The position numbers and the translations under genes are program-made. This document shows, piece by piece, positions 1-10,210 of a stretch of 64,000 nt of DNA; the first letter of the stretch is position 1, and each line of letters begins with the position of its first letter. This DNA is from a virus (lineage: Duplodnaviria > Caudoviricetes). The notes below the pieces were generated by a model. That model ran no database searches. It saw nothing but the letters and a program-made list of their open reading frames with translations, and had not been told where the DNA came from. The stretch lies in IMG/VR virus record IMGVR_UViG_3300025809_001850. One strand, written 5' to 3'.

Positions 1-2055
1 CCTCATGTAAGCATCAAGGTTCTCGGAAAAGAAGTAAACGGAACATACATCAGAGACCTTCTTGGTAGTCCAAAATACACCGACTCCCAACGGGTTGAAG
101 CATTTGAGGAACTCTTTGGTTGGTATGACGAAAAAATTTATGTGTATCTAAAAAAGAAATTCAGCACGTTATACGAAAACGAAGAACTATTTGAATCTTT
201 CTTAAAAGAGTATCCTGGTTATGAAAAATCTATTCCGAAACTTTTAAATGAAGTTAGTTCAATTGCAAGATCGGGCATCCAACTTGTTGACGATGGTCCT
301 GGTTCCTTTTTTCCAGGTGATGTTTATGAAAAAGACAGTGATGTCCGTGTAAAACAACTTGGTTATGACTTAGTCGATTATGTTGTTGGAAAAAACGACC
401 TTGGTCGTAATATGGATTATCGTGAATGGGGAAAATATGCAGGACCGGTGCCTGCGGTAAGTTTTTATCCAGCAGGAGTTACAGACGAAACAACCGCAAA
501 TAATCAAATTTCGATTGTTAAAAGTAAATCTGCTCATGATCAATGGGTTGAATTTATTAACGGTATTGCAGAAACTTCCGGATATAAACTCATTGACTTT
601 GTCGGTTCGGAAGCATCCATCAGAAAAGATGATAAAACCGGTGAAGAGAATATAGACGGAAATACACTTGATATAGAAGACGAAGAAAAAGAAGATAAAA
701 TTGATAAGGGTGTTGAGGGCCAAGCAATCAAAGAAAAAATTGAATCTATACTCAATGACTACACAGAACTTTTAATTGAAGGAGGTGCAGCTGGTCATAT
801 GAGTCATCCATTTGACGATAAGGATTTAACGTTTGCCGATTTAAAAGAAATGATTCGTAGGTCACTTGCAGGTGAACTTAATGTTGAAAAGGAAGTTACT
901 GAAAAACTTGATGGTCAAAATTTGATGTTCTCTTGGAAAGATGGAAAGTTGGTCTCGGCGAGAAATCAAGGTCATTTGAAAAACGCAGGTGCGGCCGCAC
1001 CTGATGTTACTCAGTTTGAAAACATTTTTGCGGATCGTCCTGAGAACATTCGTGATGCGTTCGTAACAGCAGTCAAAGATTTAGAATCTGCTATTTCAAG
1101 TTTAAGTGATGCACAAAAGAATAAAGTATTTAAAGAAGGTGAAAGATTTATGAACATAGAGGTGATGACACCTGCAACACAGAATGTTATTCCTCAAAAT
1201 GTAGATATGTTGGTTTTCCACGGAACACAAGCATACGATTCCGCAGGAAAACCAGTTTCAGTAGACTCTGATGGAAACGACATAACAAGTGAATTAAAAG
1301 ATTCTGCTCGTATGCTAAGTGGTATGCTCAAGCAAATCAATGCGGATGTTCAAAGTCGTTATTCATTGAATGCACCAATTGTCGTGGAACTTCCTAAAAG
1401 TAAAACATTCGGAGATTCGTTTAAAAAGTATTCTGCGATGCTTGACAAACTCAAAAAAGAATTTAAATTAAAAGACAACGATAAAGTAATGAAGTATCAC
1501 GATTCTTGGTGGAGAAATCTTTTGAATAAACAACAAAGCAAATTAAAAGAAATATTTCCTGCAAAAGTATATGAAGCACTTATAGGTCGTTGGGCATACA
1601 ATGATAAATCAAATAAAATTACAACGATACGAATGGACTTATCTGAACAACCCAAGTTGAAAGATTGGGTAAACAAATTTGAAAAAGAAGATATCGTAAA
1701 ACAATTTGAAGCAAATATGTGGCCTTTCCAATTTATATTTTTGAAACTAGGAGCAGAAGTTCTTCAAAATGTAAAAGGATTTGTGGCAGCTGGTGGAAGT
1801 GATGACATAGCAAAAGCACTCGATGCACATACCAAAACATTAGAAAACAAAAAAATTAATTCGGTGGAATCACCTGATAAGTTCAAAAAAGATATGGCCA
1901 AACTACACAAAAATCTTGATCGTCTTACTGCAATTGGTGGAACGAAAGTAATCGCACCAAGTGAAGGAGTTGTATTTCAATATAAAGGTGGTACATATAA
2001 ACTCACCGGAACATTTGCTCCTATAAATCAAATTATGGGAATAATGAGGTTTTAG
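1..2055 (+). CDS. 5'-truncated multidomain protein; C-terminal ATP-dependent ligase/nucleotidyltransferase-like domain
   Basis: Frame 1 is open from position 1 (PHVSIKVLGKEVNGTYIRDLL...), so the start lies outside the window and 142 is not the true start. Motifs EKLDG (901-915), EGVVF (1963-1977) and YKLT resemble motifs I, IV and V of RNA/DNA ligases. Confidence 0.6.
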   Translation, partial: PHVSIKVLGKEVNGTYIRDLLGSPKYTDSQRVEAFEELFGWYDEKIYVYLKKKFSTLYENEELFESFLKEYPGYEKSIPKLLNEVSSIARSGIQLVDDGPGSFFPGDVYEKDSDVRVKQLGYDLVDYVVGKNDLGRNMDYREWGKYAGPVPAVSFYPAGVTDETTANNQISIVKSKSAHDQWVEFINGIAETSGYKLIDFVGSEASIRKDDKTGEENIDGNTLDIEDEEKEDKIDKGVEGQAIKEKIESILNDYTELLIEGGAAGHMSHPFDDKDLTFADLKEMIRRSLAGELNVEKEVTEKLDGQNLMFSWKDGKLVSARNQGHLKNAGAAAPDVTQFENIFADRPENIRDAFVTAVKDLESAISSLSDAQKNKVFKEGERFMNIEVMTPATQNVIPQNVDMLVFHGTQAYDSAGKPVSVDSDGNDITSELKDSARMLSGMLKQINADVQSRYSLNAPIVVELPKSKTFGDSFKKYSAMLDKLKKEFKLKDNDKVMKYHDSWWRNLLNKQQSKLKEIFPAKVYEALIGRWAYNDKSNKITTIRMDLSEQPKLKDWVNKFEKEDIVKQFEANMWPFQFIFLKLGAEVLQNVKGFVAAGGSDDIAKALDAHTKTLENKKINSVESPDKFKKDMAKLHKNLDRLTAIGGTKVIAPSEGVVFQYKGGTYKLTGTFAPINQIMGIMRF

Positions 2056-2057
2056 AA

Positions 2058-3104
2058 ATGGAAGTTGATGAACGAAATTTATCTCGACAGGCCAGAAGAA
2101 AACTCGCAATGGTTGCAAAACGAAGTGCAAAAAAACGACAAATAAAGAAAAAGATGTTTGCAAAGAGAATGAAGTCTCCTGCCAAGTTAAAAGCATCTTC
2201 TGAGAAAGCAGCCAAAAATCTTATAGTAAAGAAGATGCTTGGTGGAAAAAATTACTCTGATTTATCAATAGGTCAAAAAGAACTTATAGACAAAAAACTA
2301 TCTACCAAAAAAGGTTTAATAGCAAAGGTTGGTAAAAAACTTTTACCAAAGATTAAAAAAAAAGAAAAGGAACGACTTAAAAAGGTGAGAGCAAATAATC
2401 AAAACACAGAAGAATTATCCGAGGACACACATGGAGTTTTAACATTGAGTGTAAATGATTCACAACCAGAAGTATCTGCGAGATATGTAACTGGAAAACT
2501 AAAACCTTATGTATTTAAAACAAGAGAAGATGCAAAGCTACATTGTAAAAAAGTCGGTGGGAAACCGTTTGAATCAATTGACACGGGTCGGTTTTATGTA
2601 GAATTTACTAAACTTGATGGACCAGTAAATGAGAAGGTCGAATACAAGAACGCAAACGAAATAAAGAAACAATGGAAATTAGAATACCCAAGTGCCAAGT
2701 TTACTTTCAAAAAAGTTCGTGCAAAAGGAAACGAATTTTTGATGGTATTATCTCCAACGGGTGTTGAACTTGAGAAATATCAATTTGTACCAAAAACAGG
2801 ATGGACTGAAATGAACGAAAATAAAGATAACGAAGAAGATGTAAAAGAATTAAAAGCAATGCTTGATATTGCAAAACTGCTGAGTGATCAAAGTTCATAC
2901 TTTAAAGGTCGTGGTAGTAAAAAAGAATATATCAAGATGCTCGTTCATAAAATAAGAAACTTATCAGAAGCAAAAAAGAAAAAGTTTATGTCTAAAATGG
3001 ATGCTTACGCACGGGTAAGAAAATCAACTATGCCTAAAAGCAGACCAATGAAAAGCAAAAAATCATACAACCGAGTAGATTTAAAAAAAGGTAAATACGA
3101 TTAA
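2058..3104 (+). CDS. hypothetical protein with very basic N-terminal domain (putative internal head/DNA-binding protein)
   Basis: 348-aa ORF; K/R-rich first ~110 aa; abuts the previous gene. Confidence 0.6.
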   Translation: MEVDERNLSRQARRKLAMVAKRSAKKRQIKKKMFAKRMKSPAKLKASSEKAAKNLIVKKMLGGKNYSDLSIGQKELIDKKLSTKKGLIAKVGKKLLPKIKKKEKERLKKVRANNQNTEELSEDTHGVLTLSVNDSQPEVSARYVTGKLKPYVFKTREDAKLHCKKVGGKPFESIDTGRFYVEFTKLDGPVNEKVEYKNANEIKKQWKLEYPSAKFTFKKVRAKGNEFLMVLSPTGVELEKYQFVPKTGWTEMNENKDNEEDVKELKAMLDIAKLLSDQSSYFKGRGSKKEYIKMLVHKIRNLSEAKKKKFMSKMDAYARVRKSTMPKSRPMKSKKSYNRVDLKKGKYD

Positions 3105-3121
3105 TTTCGTAGATGTAGTTA

Positions 3122-3535
3122 TTGGAACGACGTGTGATTAGGTTGAATGGCAATGTTTATTTAACGGAAGACGAAATTGATGACATCGTTCACACCACAT
3201 TAAATCAATTTAGAACTTCTCATCGTGCAATACTTCCAAAAAAAATAACTTACCTTGATCGTGAATTTGTAGACGCATTGAAAGACGAAGCAAAACACGC
3301 AATATTGAGTGTATATTATTTATATGGATACGGAGAAAAATACGCACCCGTTAAAAAAATTACAAAAGCAATTTCAGATAGATTTAAAGAAACAGATCAA
3401 TGTTGTGAAAAGCTGTATTTTATGCAATATGACTTAACAGACACTCAACGCAAAAAATATAGAACTCAGTATGAAAACTTCTTAATCAACACATTACTGG
3501 AAGAGTGTATACAAAAATTTAAAAAGTTATCATAA
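3122..3535 (+). CDS. hypothetical protein
   Basis: 137-aa ORF filling the gap between flanking genes; TTG start, exact start uncertain. Confidence 0.5.
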   Translation: MERRVIRLNGNVYLTEDEIDDIVHTTLNQFRTSHRAILPKKITYLDREFVDALKDEAKHAILSVYYLYGYGEKYAPVKKITKAISDRFKETDQCCEKLYFMQYDLTDTQRKKYRTQYENFLINTLLEECIQKFKKLS

Positions 3536-3538
3536 TAT

Positions 3539-3567
3539 TTGACAAAATACAAAAAGAATGGAATAAT
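3539..3567 (+). promoter_or_regulatory. sigma70-like promoter
   Basis: TTGACA (3539-3544), 17 nt, AATAAT (3562-3567) with TGn extension, directly before the ATG at 3574. Confidence 0.55.
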
Positions 3568-3573
3568 AAGGTT

Positions 3574-4200
3574 ATGGCTAAAATGGATAAAGACGATTTG
3601 AAATATGTGATCGGTCGATCACGTAAGTTGTTCAAAGGAGAAGAAATTCCCAAGGTACATGGATACGAAGGAGAAGTTGAAGAACTTGTTATTCGTCAAC
3701 CCGGTGAAATCTGGACAGATAAAAACGGAAAAGAGTGGAAGCAAGTGGGTTCTAACTCAAAGGTAAGAACTGAAACTTTAATGGACAAAGTCAGAAAGAC
3801 TCTACGGGAAGCACCCAAGTGTCCAAAGAAAATGTGTACTGTTGATCCAACCAAGAATTTAGATAAAAGAATGCTTGCTATGCGAGGTATGTGTTTTGAT
3901 TGTGTTCAAGAGCATGAACAAAAACTAAAAGACGAAGGTAAGTATGAAGCATACGAAGCAAAGACAATGCTTGAAAATGAACTTAGTTTTTTGTCTGACA
4001 CCAAAAGTAAATTGGTTGAATCAAAAGAGCATATAACAAACGACCCTAAATTTCTGAATGAAGATGGTTCTCTTGAGCAATGGAACATTCCAAATAAAAA
4101 AGAACTTATGAAAGATTTGGAATCAGACTTGGAAGAGCTTGAAGCAAGACTTTCTGAAATTGAGGACAGGTTAACTGAGTATGCAGACATCAAGTTCTAA
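3574..4200 (+). CDS. conserved hypothetical protein upstream of terminase, with CxxC-like pairs and C-terminal coiled coil
   Basis: 208 aa; CPKKMC and CFDC; heptad-like C-terminus. Confidence 0.65.
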   Translation: MAKMDKDDLKYVIGRSRKLFKGEEIPKVHGYEGEVEELVIRQPGEIWTDKNGKEWKQVGSNSKVRTETLMDKVRKTLREAPKCPKKMCTVDPTKNLDKRMLAMRGMCFDCVQEHEQKLKDEGKYEAYEAKTMLENELSFLSDTKSKLVESKEHITNDPKFLNEDGSLEQWNIPNKKELMKDLESDLEELEARLSEIEDRLTEYADIKF

Positions 4201-4253
4201 AAGTTTCAACGATACCTTGAAACTTTTTATATTATAGAAAACTAAATACATAT

Positions 4254-4261
4254 ATATTTAT
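4254..4261 (+). promoter_or_regulatory. ATATTTAT putative late-promoter motif
   Basis: Exact motif ends 5 nt before the terminase ATG and recurs before many other genes (see findings). Confidence 0.55.
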
Positions 4262-4266
4262 CCTTA

Positions 4267-5868
4267 ATGGCAGATGGACAAAAGATGCCCTTACGGGAAA
4301 TAATAAAACAAGAGTATACTGAGTGTTTGAAGTCACCTATATACTTTATGAAAAAGTATTGTAAGATTCAACATCCTACATTGGGAACTATACCGTTTCA
4401 TTTATATCCATTTCAAGAAAAAACTTTAGAAAGTTTTAAAAACGAGCAATTTAATATCGTTCTCAAAGCAAGGCAGATGGGAATTTCGACTCTTGTATCT
4501 GGATATGCGTTGTGGTTGATGACATTTTTCACAGACAAATCTATATTGTGCATTGCCATCAATCAAGAAACGGCAAAGAACATTGTTACCAAGGTAACTC
4601 ATATGGCAGATTTTCTACCTTCGTGGTTACGAAGTGAGTGTACCGAGAAGAATAAACTTAGTATGCGTTTTAAAAATGGAAGTAACATCCGTGCAGCTTC
4701 AAGTAGTGTTGACGCATCTCGTTCATCTTCATTGAGTTTACTTATCGTTGACGAGTGTGCGTTTATTACAAATATGGAAGAAATCTGGACTGCTTCACAA
4801 TCAACGATTACAACTGGTGGTCGTTCTATATTACTATCAACTCCAAATGGTATTGGTAACTTCTTTCACAAAACATGGGTTGGAACTCAAGATGCATCAA
4901 ATGAATTTAATCCTATTAATTTACATTGGTCATTGCATCCAGACAGAGATCAAACTTGGAGAGATTTACAAACTAAAAACTTAGGTGAAAAAGACGCTGC
5001 TCAAGAATGTGATTGTGACTTTATATCTAGTGGTAGGTCTGTTGTTGATGCTAGTTTACTGGATTGGTATAAAGACAATCTTGCCAGTGAACCTGTTGAA
5101 AAACGGGGAGCAAATAAAGAGTATTGGATATGGGAGTATCCAAATCATACAAAGGATTATGTAGTCGCAGCTGATGTTGCTCGTGGAGACGGCCGTGATA
5201 AAAGTGCATTTCATGTATTTGATGTGGAAAACGTAAAACAAGTGGCCGAATTTAAAGGAGAAGTCGAAACCAAAGACTTCGGAAATCTTCTTGTTGCAGT
5301 TGCAAGTGAATTCAATGGAGCATTGCTTGTAGTGGAAAATGCAAACATAGGTTGGGCGGTTTTACAGCAAATAATAGATAAAGGGTATAGCAACCTGTAT
5401 TACACTCAACGAGATTTTCAATATATAGATGAATTTACGCAACATACCAATAAATTAAATCGACAAGAGAAAAAGCAAGTTCCTGGTTTTACAACATCAA
5501 TAAAAACTCGTCCACTTATTATCAGTAAAATGGAAAGTTACATTCGTGAAAAAGAAGTTGAAATTAGATCAGAACGAACTCTTGACGAACTGTTTACATT
5601 TGTATGGAATGGTCAAAAGGCCGAAGCAATGCAAGGATACAACGATGACTTGGTTATGAGTTTGTGTATTGCTTTGTGGGTTCGTGATACTGCACTTAGA
5701 TTTCGTTCTGAAAACATTGAAACACAAAAATCTTTATTTGATTACATGGGAAGTACGACCAATATGAGCAGTGGAGCAAACTATAGACATTCTGGTTTAG
5801 CATCAAATCCATATGAAATGAAAAATCAACATGGTCAAAGTGAAAATTTAGAATGGTTACTTGATTAA
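4267..5868 (+). CDS. terL: large terminase subunit (T4 gp17-like)
   Basis: Walker A-like LKARQMGIST, Walker B LLIVDECAF, coupling motif STPNG, nuclease acidic motifs ADVARGDGRDKS and NDDLVMS; next to portal. Confidence 0.95.
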   Translation: MADGQKMPLREIIKQEYTECLKSPIYFMKKYCKIQHPTLGTIPFHLYPFQEKTLESFKNEQFNIVLKARQMGISTLVSGYALWLMTFFTDKSILCIAINQETAKNIVTKVTHMADFLPSWLRSECTEKNKLSMRFKNGSNIRAASSSVDASRSSSLSLLIVDECAFITNMEEIWTASQSTITTGGRSILLSTPNGIGNFFHKTWVGTQDASNEFNPINLHWSLHPDRDQTWRDLQTKNLGEKDAAQECDCDFISSGRSVVDASLLDWYKDNLASEPVEKRGANKEYWIWEYPNHTKDYVVAADVARGDGRDKSAFHVFDVENVKQVAEFKGEVETKDFGNLLVAVASEFNGALLVVENANIGWAVLQQIIDKGYSNLYYTQRDFQYIDEFTQHTNKLNRQEKKQVPGFTTSIKTRPLIISKMESYIREKEVEIRSERTLDELFTFVWNGQKAEAMQGYNDDLVMSLCIALWVRDTALRFRSENIETQKSLFDYMGSTTNMSSGANYRHSGLASNPYEMKNQHGQSENLEWLLD

Positions 5869-5894
5869 TATATACTCAACCAGGATACCTCAAT

Positions 5895-6503
5895 ATGAAG
5901 AAAACGCCGATTATACTCACCCTCACGGGTCTATTATTACTAACAGGAGGTTGTGCAACACAATCGTTGCTACCTACTAGGGGAGTGTACACGGAGTCTT
6001 TGTATGATACATATAACGAAGTGGAGGTTGTTGTTAATGAGATTGTAGTGGGTAAGACATCATACTCCGATCTTGTTAAGATGGGACTTGATTTAGAAAA
6101 TATACCAAATGTAAAACGTTTAACATATCTTGATGTTATGAGTAAGTTTAAATTGGATAGTCCATCTAGATTTACTTTGTTTAATAAAATAGAACTACCT
6201 GCGGGTGTATTAAAAATGCTTGCATCACGTGAAAACGGACTAGCATATGAAATAAATTTGGAAAGACTTAAAAACAAACGAGAAGGAAGTGTACTTTTAG
6301 ATATGCTCAATTTCAGAAAAATAGTTCACACGACTGGATGGAAAATCAGTGTACTGATTCTTATCGTAGATGATACGGTTGAATATGTTTTGTACTCAGG
6401 TGAAAAGAACATTGATCGTTTAGAAAAAGAGAAAAACCCACTTGGTCCTTTCCAAGGATTTGATGGTGGTGATATTATTGGAGCTGCAAGTGAGTTTCAG
6501 TAA
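5895..6503 (+). CDS. putative lipoprotein
   Basis: MKK, hydrophobic stretch, then LLLTGGC (lipobox-like Cys20). Confidence 0.6.
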   Translation: MKKTPIILTLTGLLLLTGGCATQSLLPTRGVYTESLYDTYNEVEVVVNEIVVGKTSYSDLVKMGLDLENIPNVKRLTYLDVMSKFKLDSPSRFTLFNKIELPAGVLKMLASRENGLAYEINLERLKNKREGSVLLDMLNFRKIVHTTGWKISVLILIVDDTVEYVLYSGEKNIDRLEKEKNPLGPFQGFDGGDIIGAASEFQ

Positions 6504-6514
6504 TACATATAAGT

Positions 6515-6543
6515 TTGACATATACATATATATTTAATACAAT
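6515..6543 (+). promoter_or_regulatory. sigma70-like promoter upstream of portal
   Basis: TTGACA (6515-6520), 17 nt, TACAAT (6538-6543). Confidence 0.6.
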
Positions 6544-6565
6544 TATACACTTATAAACTTATATT

Positions 6566-8419
6566 ATGGCAGACGATCCAAAACAAAGCAAATTATTCGG
6601 AGCACTTAAAAAACTTTTTTCAAGTGGTGTCGTGGTTAGAAACATCGGTGGTAAAAAACTAAAAATCGCAGATACGGACAATTTACAATATTCCAAAAAA
6701 CGAGACGACAAGTACCAACGAATGCACACTTTGTATAGTGATTATGCAAATGGTTTCAATAATATTGGATTTCAATCTGCACGACTGGAATTGTTTAGTG
6801 ATTATGAAGTAATGGATACTGATCCAATTATATCAAGTGCCTTAGACATTTATGCGGATGAATCAACTACTAAAAGTGAGTTTGGTGAGATTCTTAAAAT
6901 TTCAAGTCCTGATTCAAATGTTAAAGGTATCCTTGAAAATTTATTTTACGATATATTGAATGTTGAATTTAATTTATGGGGTTGGATTCGCAATATGTGT
7001 AAATACGGAGATTTTTATCTTCATTTAGAAATAGAACCTGATTATGGGGTGTTAAATGTTAAACCCATTTCAACTTATGAAATGACTCGTATAGAAGACA
7101 TGGATCCAGATAATCCTCAGTTGGTTATGTTCAAACAAGAAGGTCAGTATCGTGTAGACTATGAGAACTATGAAGTTGCACACTTTAGATTACTAGGAGA
7201 TACAAATTATTTACCTTATGGAAAAAGTATGATAGAGGGTGGAAGACGAACATGGAAACAACTTCAGCTTATGGAGGATGCCATGCTCATTCATAGAATT
7301 ATGAGAGCACCTGAAAAACGAATGTTTTATATTGATATTGGTAACATTCCACCAAATGAAGTTGATAACTTTATGCAAAAGGTAATCAATAAAATGAAGA
7401 AAGTTCCGTTTGTTGATGAAAAAACAGGTGACTATAATCTCAAGTTCAATTTGCAAAACATGACCGAAGATTTCTTTTTACCTGTGCGTGGAGGAGATAG
7501 TGGTACACGAATTGAGAACTTAGGTGGAATGACTTACGATGGAACTGAAGATATCGAATATGTTAAAAACAAAATGATGGCTGCACTTAAAGTACCAAAA
7601 GCATTTTTAGGATACGATGAAAGCATAACAGGTAAAGCAACTCTGGCCGCAGAAGATATTAGGTTCGCACGAACAATTGAAAGATTACAAAGAATTACCG
7701 TAAGTGAACTTACTAAAATTGCTATAGTTCATCTTTATTCACAGGGATACACAGATGCCAAGTTGGTTGATTTTAGTTTAAAGTTGACTAATCCATCTAC
7801 AATTTTTGAAGAGGAACGGATACGAATTCTATCTGAAAAACTTAATACTGCCCGAGATATGGTAGACGCAAAAATGTTTTCTAAGGATTGGGTATATGAT
7901 AAGATATTCGGTCTTTCTGAAGATGAAGTTAATGATATTCGGAGTAATTTTGTAGATGATGCTAAGGAATTTTTTAGATTAGAAAGTATACAAAACGAAG
8001 GAAATGATCCGGCTGATCCAACTCAATCTACCGATTCCGAAGAAGAAGGAGACGGTTGGGGTTTCGGTGATTTTGAAAATATGTCTTCTGAAGAAAAAGA
8101 AGAAGCAATAAAACAACGCAAAAAAGAGGAAAAGAAACGTAAGAATGCGGGAAAGGTATATGATCATCCTGACGACAAACCAATGGGAAGAGACCCACAA
8201 GGAGCAGATGAAAGACGAGTAAGTGGGCGTGATTGGGGAGATAGTCCATTGAAGTTGGAATCTGATTTAGCAAAACTAGACGAATTTTTGAAACAAAAAC
8301 AACAAGTTAATCCGGAAACAAAATCAAAAATAATATGTGAAGCAGAAGAAACGTCACACGAATCAAAAGCCGATCCAATCACCGACTATTTAGACGATAA
8401 AAATATAATTAAAAAATAA
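6566..8419 (+). CDS. portal protein (T4 gp20-like)
   Basis: YGKSMIEGGRRTWKQLQLMEDAMLIHRIMRAPEKRMFYIDIGN and EDFFLPVRGGDSGTRIENL match the gp20-family pattern; follows terminase. Confidence 0.93.
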   Translation: MADDPKQSKLFGALKKLFSSGVVVRNIGGKKLKIADTDNLQYSKKRDDKYQRMHTLYSDYANGFNNIGFQSARLELFSDYEVMDTDPIISSALDIYADESTTKSEFGEILKISSPDSNVKGILENLFYDILNVEFNLWGWIRNMCKYGDFYLHLEIEPDYGVLNVKPISTYEMTRIEDMDPDNPQLVMFKQEGQYRVDYENYEVAHFRLLGDTNYLPYGKSMIEGGRRTWKQLQLMEDAMLIHRIMRAPEKRMFYIDIGNIPPNEVDNFMQKVINKMKKVPFVDEKTGDYNLKFNLQNMTEDFFLPVRGGDSGTRIENLGGMTYDGTEDIEYVKNKMMAALKVPKAFLGYDESITGKATLAAEDIRFARTIERLQRITVSELTKIAIVHLYSQGYTDAKLVDFSLKLTNPSTIFEEERIRILSEKLNTARDMVDAKMFSKDWVYDKIFGLSEDEVNDIRSNFVDDAKEFFRLESIQNEGNDPADPTQSTDSEEEGDGWGFGDFENMSSEEKEEAIKQRKKEEKKRKNAGKVYDHPDDKPMGRDPQGADERRVSGRDWGDSPLKLESDLAKLDEFLKQKQQVNPETKSKIICEAEETSHESKADPITDYLDDKNIIKK

Positions 8420-8480
8420 TTAGTTAAAATCTATTTTATATTTATATTTATACTCATATATATTACCACACCACAACGAT

Positions 8481-9350
8481 GTGAAAAAGTTAAAACATAG
8501 CAAATATAAGAATACCGGCATCCTGTTTGAATTACTTGTCAGACAAATAACCGCTGATATACTCGATGGCAATGCAGAATCACCTGCAAACAAATTGCTA
8601 AAGAAACATTTTTCTGAAAATACTTCGCTTGGAAAAGAGCAAAGATTATATCAGTTGTTGATAGAAGAATCTACAGGTGATTCGTCAAAAGCAGATACAC
8701 TTCTCGGTGTTGTGCTTGATTCCCACAAAAAACTTCTTCAAACGGAACTTGTAAATGCTAGATACGAGTTGGTTAAGGATATTAAAGAATCGTATCCAAT
8801 AAATGATTTATTTCGTTCCAAGATAAGAAACTATAAAACATACGCAAGTATTTTTAAATTGTTTGAAAGTCACAATCCAACTATATATTGTGACCCCAAG
8901 GAAATATACGAATCAAAAACAACTGTTCTACAGAATTTATGTTCTCGGGGTTCTGAAAAAAATGAGGTTGTAGATGTCAACGAATATGAAAAACAAAACG
9001 AAGATTTAAGACTAATTGCGTATAAATTGTTGGTCGATAATTTTAATAAAAAATACAGTACCCTTGACGATGCCCAGCAAAAACTTCTTAAAAATTACAT
9101 AAATAATATTTCAAATACGAATAGTTTGCGTGAATACATCAACAAGCAGGTTCCTTCAATCAAAAATCAAATCAACGAATACTCAGATTCAATAGAAGAT
9201 GATGTTGTTAAAATAAAGTTAAAAGAAGTAATTTCTCAACTTGACAAAACAACCGAAGGAAAAGTTGTAAAGGATTCTCAAGTATCAACACTTTTAATGA
9301 GTTACGAGTTGATAAAGGAGTTGAAGAAACACGCAAATGAAAAAAAGTAA
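8481..9350 (+). CDS. conserved hypothetical head-region protein
   Basis: 289 aa, GTG start (MKKLKHSKYKNTGILFELLVRQ); ATATTTAT twice upstream (8438-8451). Confidence 0.7.
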   Translation: MKKLKHSKYKNTGILFELLVRQITADILDGNAESPANKLLKKHFSENTSLGKEQRLYQLLIEESTGDSSKADTLLGVVLDSHKKLLQTELVNARYELVKDIKESYPINDLFRSKIRNYKTYASIFKLFESHNPTIYCDPKEIYESKTTVLQNLCSRGSEKNEVVDVNEYEKQNEDLRLIAYKLLVDNFNKKYSTLDDAQQKLLKNYINNISNTNSLREYINKQVPSIKNQINEYSDSIEDDVVKIKLKEVISQLDKTTEGKVVKDSQVSTLLMSYELIKELKKHANEKK

Positions 9351-9813
9351 TCTTAAAGACATCATAAGAACAATTCTTCAAGAACTTGAAGAAGAATCTA
9401 AATTGTCCGAAGTTAATACCACATCAAATGTAGATGGATACGAAACTCCTCATGCATTTAGTGGCAAGGATGAAGATGAACACGCAGAAGACATAAAGTC
9501 TAACGCAGAGGTGTTTGATTACAAGTCCACAGAAAATAAAAAAGCAAACACTATAAAACTAAACGAGGGCAGAAGTTTGTTTCACTTGTTCAGAGATCAT
9601 CCTGATTATACACCTGAGCAAAAAGTGGGAGTCGCGGTACGAGAAATAAATAAACTTATGACTGAAGTTGAAAAATTGTTAAAAGTTTCTACACGGTATA
9701 AAGCAGAGGCAAACGTGAACAATAGTAAAATGTGGAAAACGACAAATAGATTTTTATTAAAAATAGACGAAAAGATTAAACGCATTTCTTATAAAATAAA
9801 AGAAATGAAATAG
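9337..9813 (+). CDS. hypothetical (putative internal head) protein
   Basis: 158 aa; overlaps the previous stop, consistent with translational coupling. Confidence 0.65.
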   Translation: MKKSNLKDIIRTILQELEEESKLSEVNTTSNVDGYETPHAFSGKDEDEHAEDIKSNAEVFDYKSTENKKANTIKLNEGRSLFHLFRDHPDYTPEQKVGVAVREINKLMTEVEKLLKVSTRYKAEANVNNSKMWKTTNRFLLKIDEKIKRISYKIKEMK

Positions 9814-9822
9814 GAAAATGTT

Positions 9823-10206
9823 ATGAAAAATTGCCAACGATTAGATAATGTAAAAACCAATATGATTCCGTTTGAAGAATCAACAACCAAGTTACTCAAG
9901 AAAAACAAAGCAGCTGTCAAACTTAAAAAAAGCAAGAAAGGTTCGCAACTTGCAAATAAATTGGGGACTGAGTGGACTGCACTCGGAAGTTCGTGTGAGA
10001 TATCATCAACTAGCAATGAAATAACTTCGTATATTCGTGTTTCTCAAAATCCTAAAAATAACAATTATGAGTTTTCTTTAAGTTTTGATACTACTAAATT
10101 AAAAAACAAATCTTGTTCTAGTTTTGACGAATTAAGACAATCAATAAGTGATACACTTGTTGACGCAGTTAGATCACTTGCTGAGTCTGGTAACAAACTA
10201 GGATAA
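9823..10206 (+). CDS. hypothetical protein
   Basis: 127-aa ORF in operon context. Confidence 0.55.
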   Translation: MKNCQRLDNVKTNMIPFEESTTKLLKKNKAAVKLKKSKKGSQLANKLGTEWTALGSSCEISSTSNEITSYIRVSQNPKNNNYEFSLSFDTTKLKNKSCSSFDELRQSISDTLVDAVRSLAESGNKLG

Positions 10207-10210
10207 TGAA

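Noticed and set aside
5876-6310. 144-aa minus-strand ORF over the lipoprotein gene, and other short antisense ORFs throughout
   Set aside because: They overlap better-supported plus-strand genes and show no recognisable motifs or expression signals.
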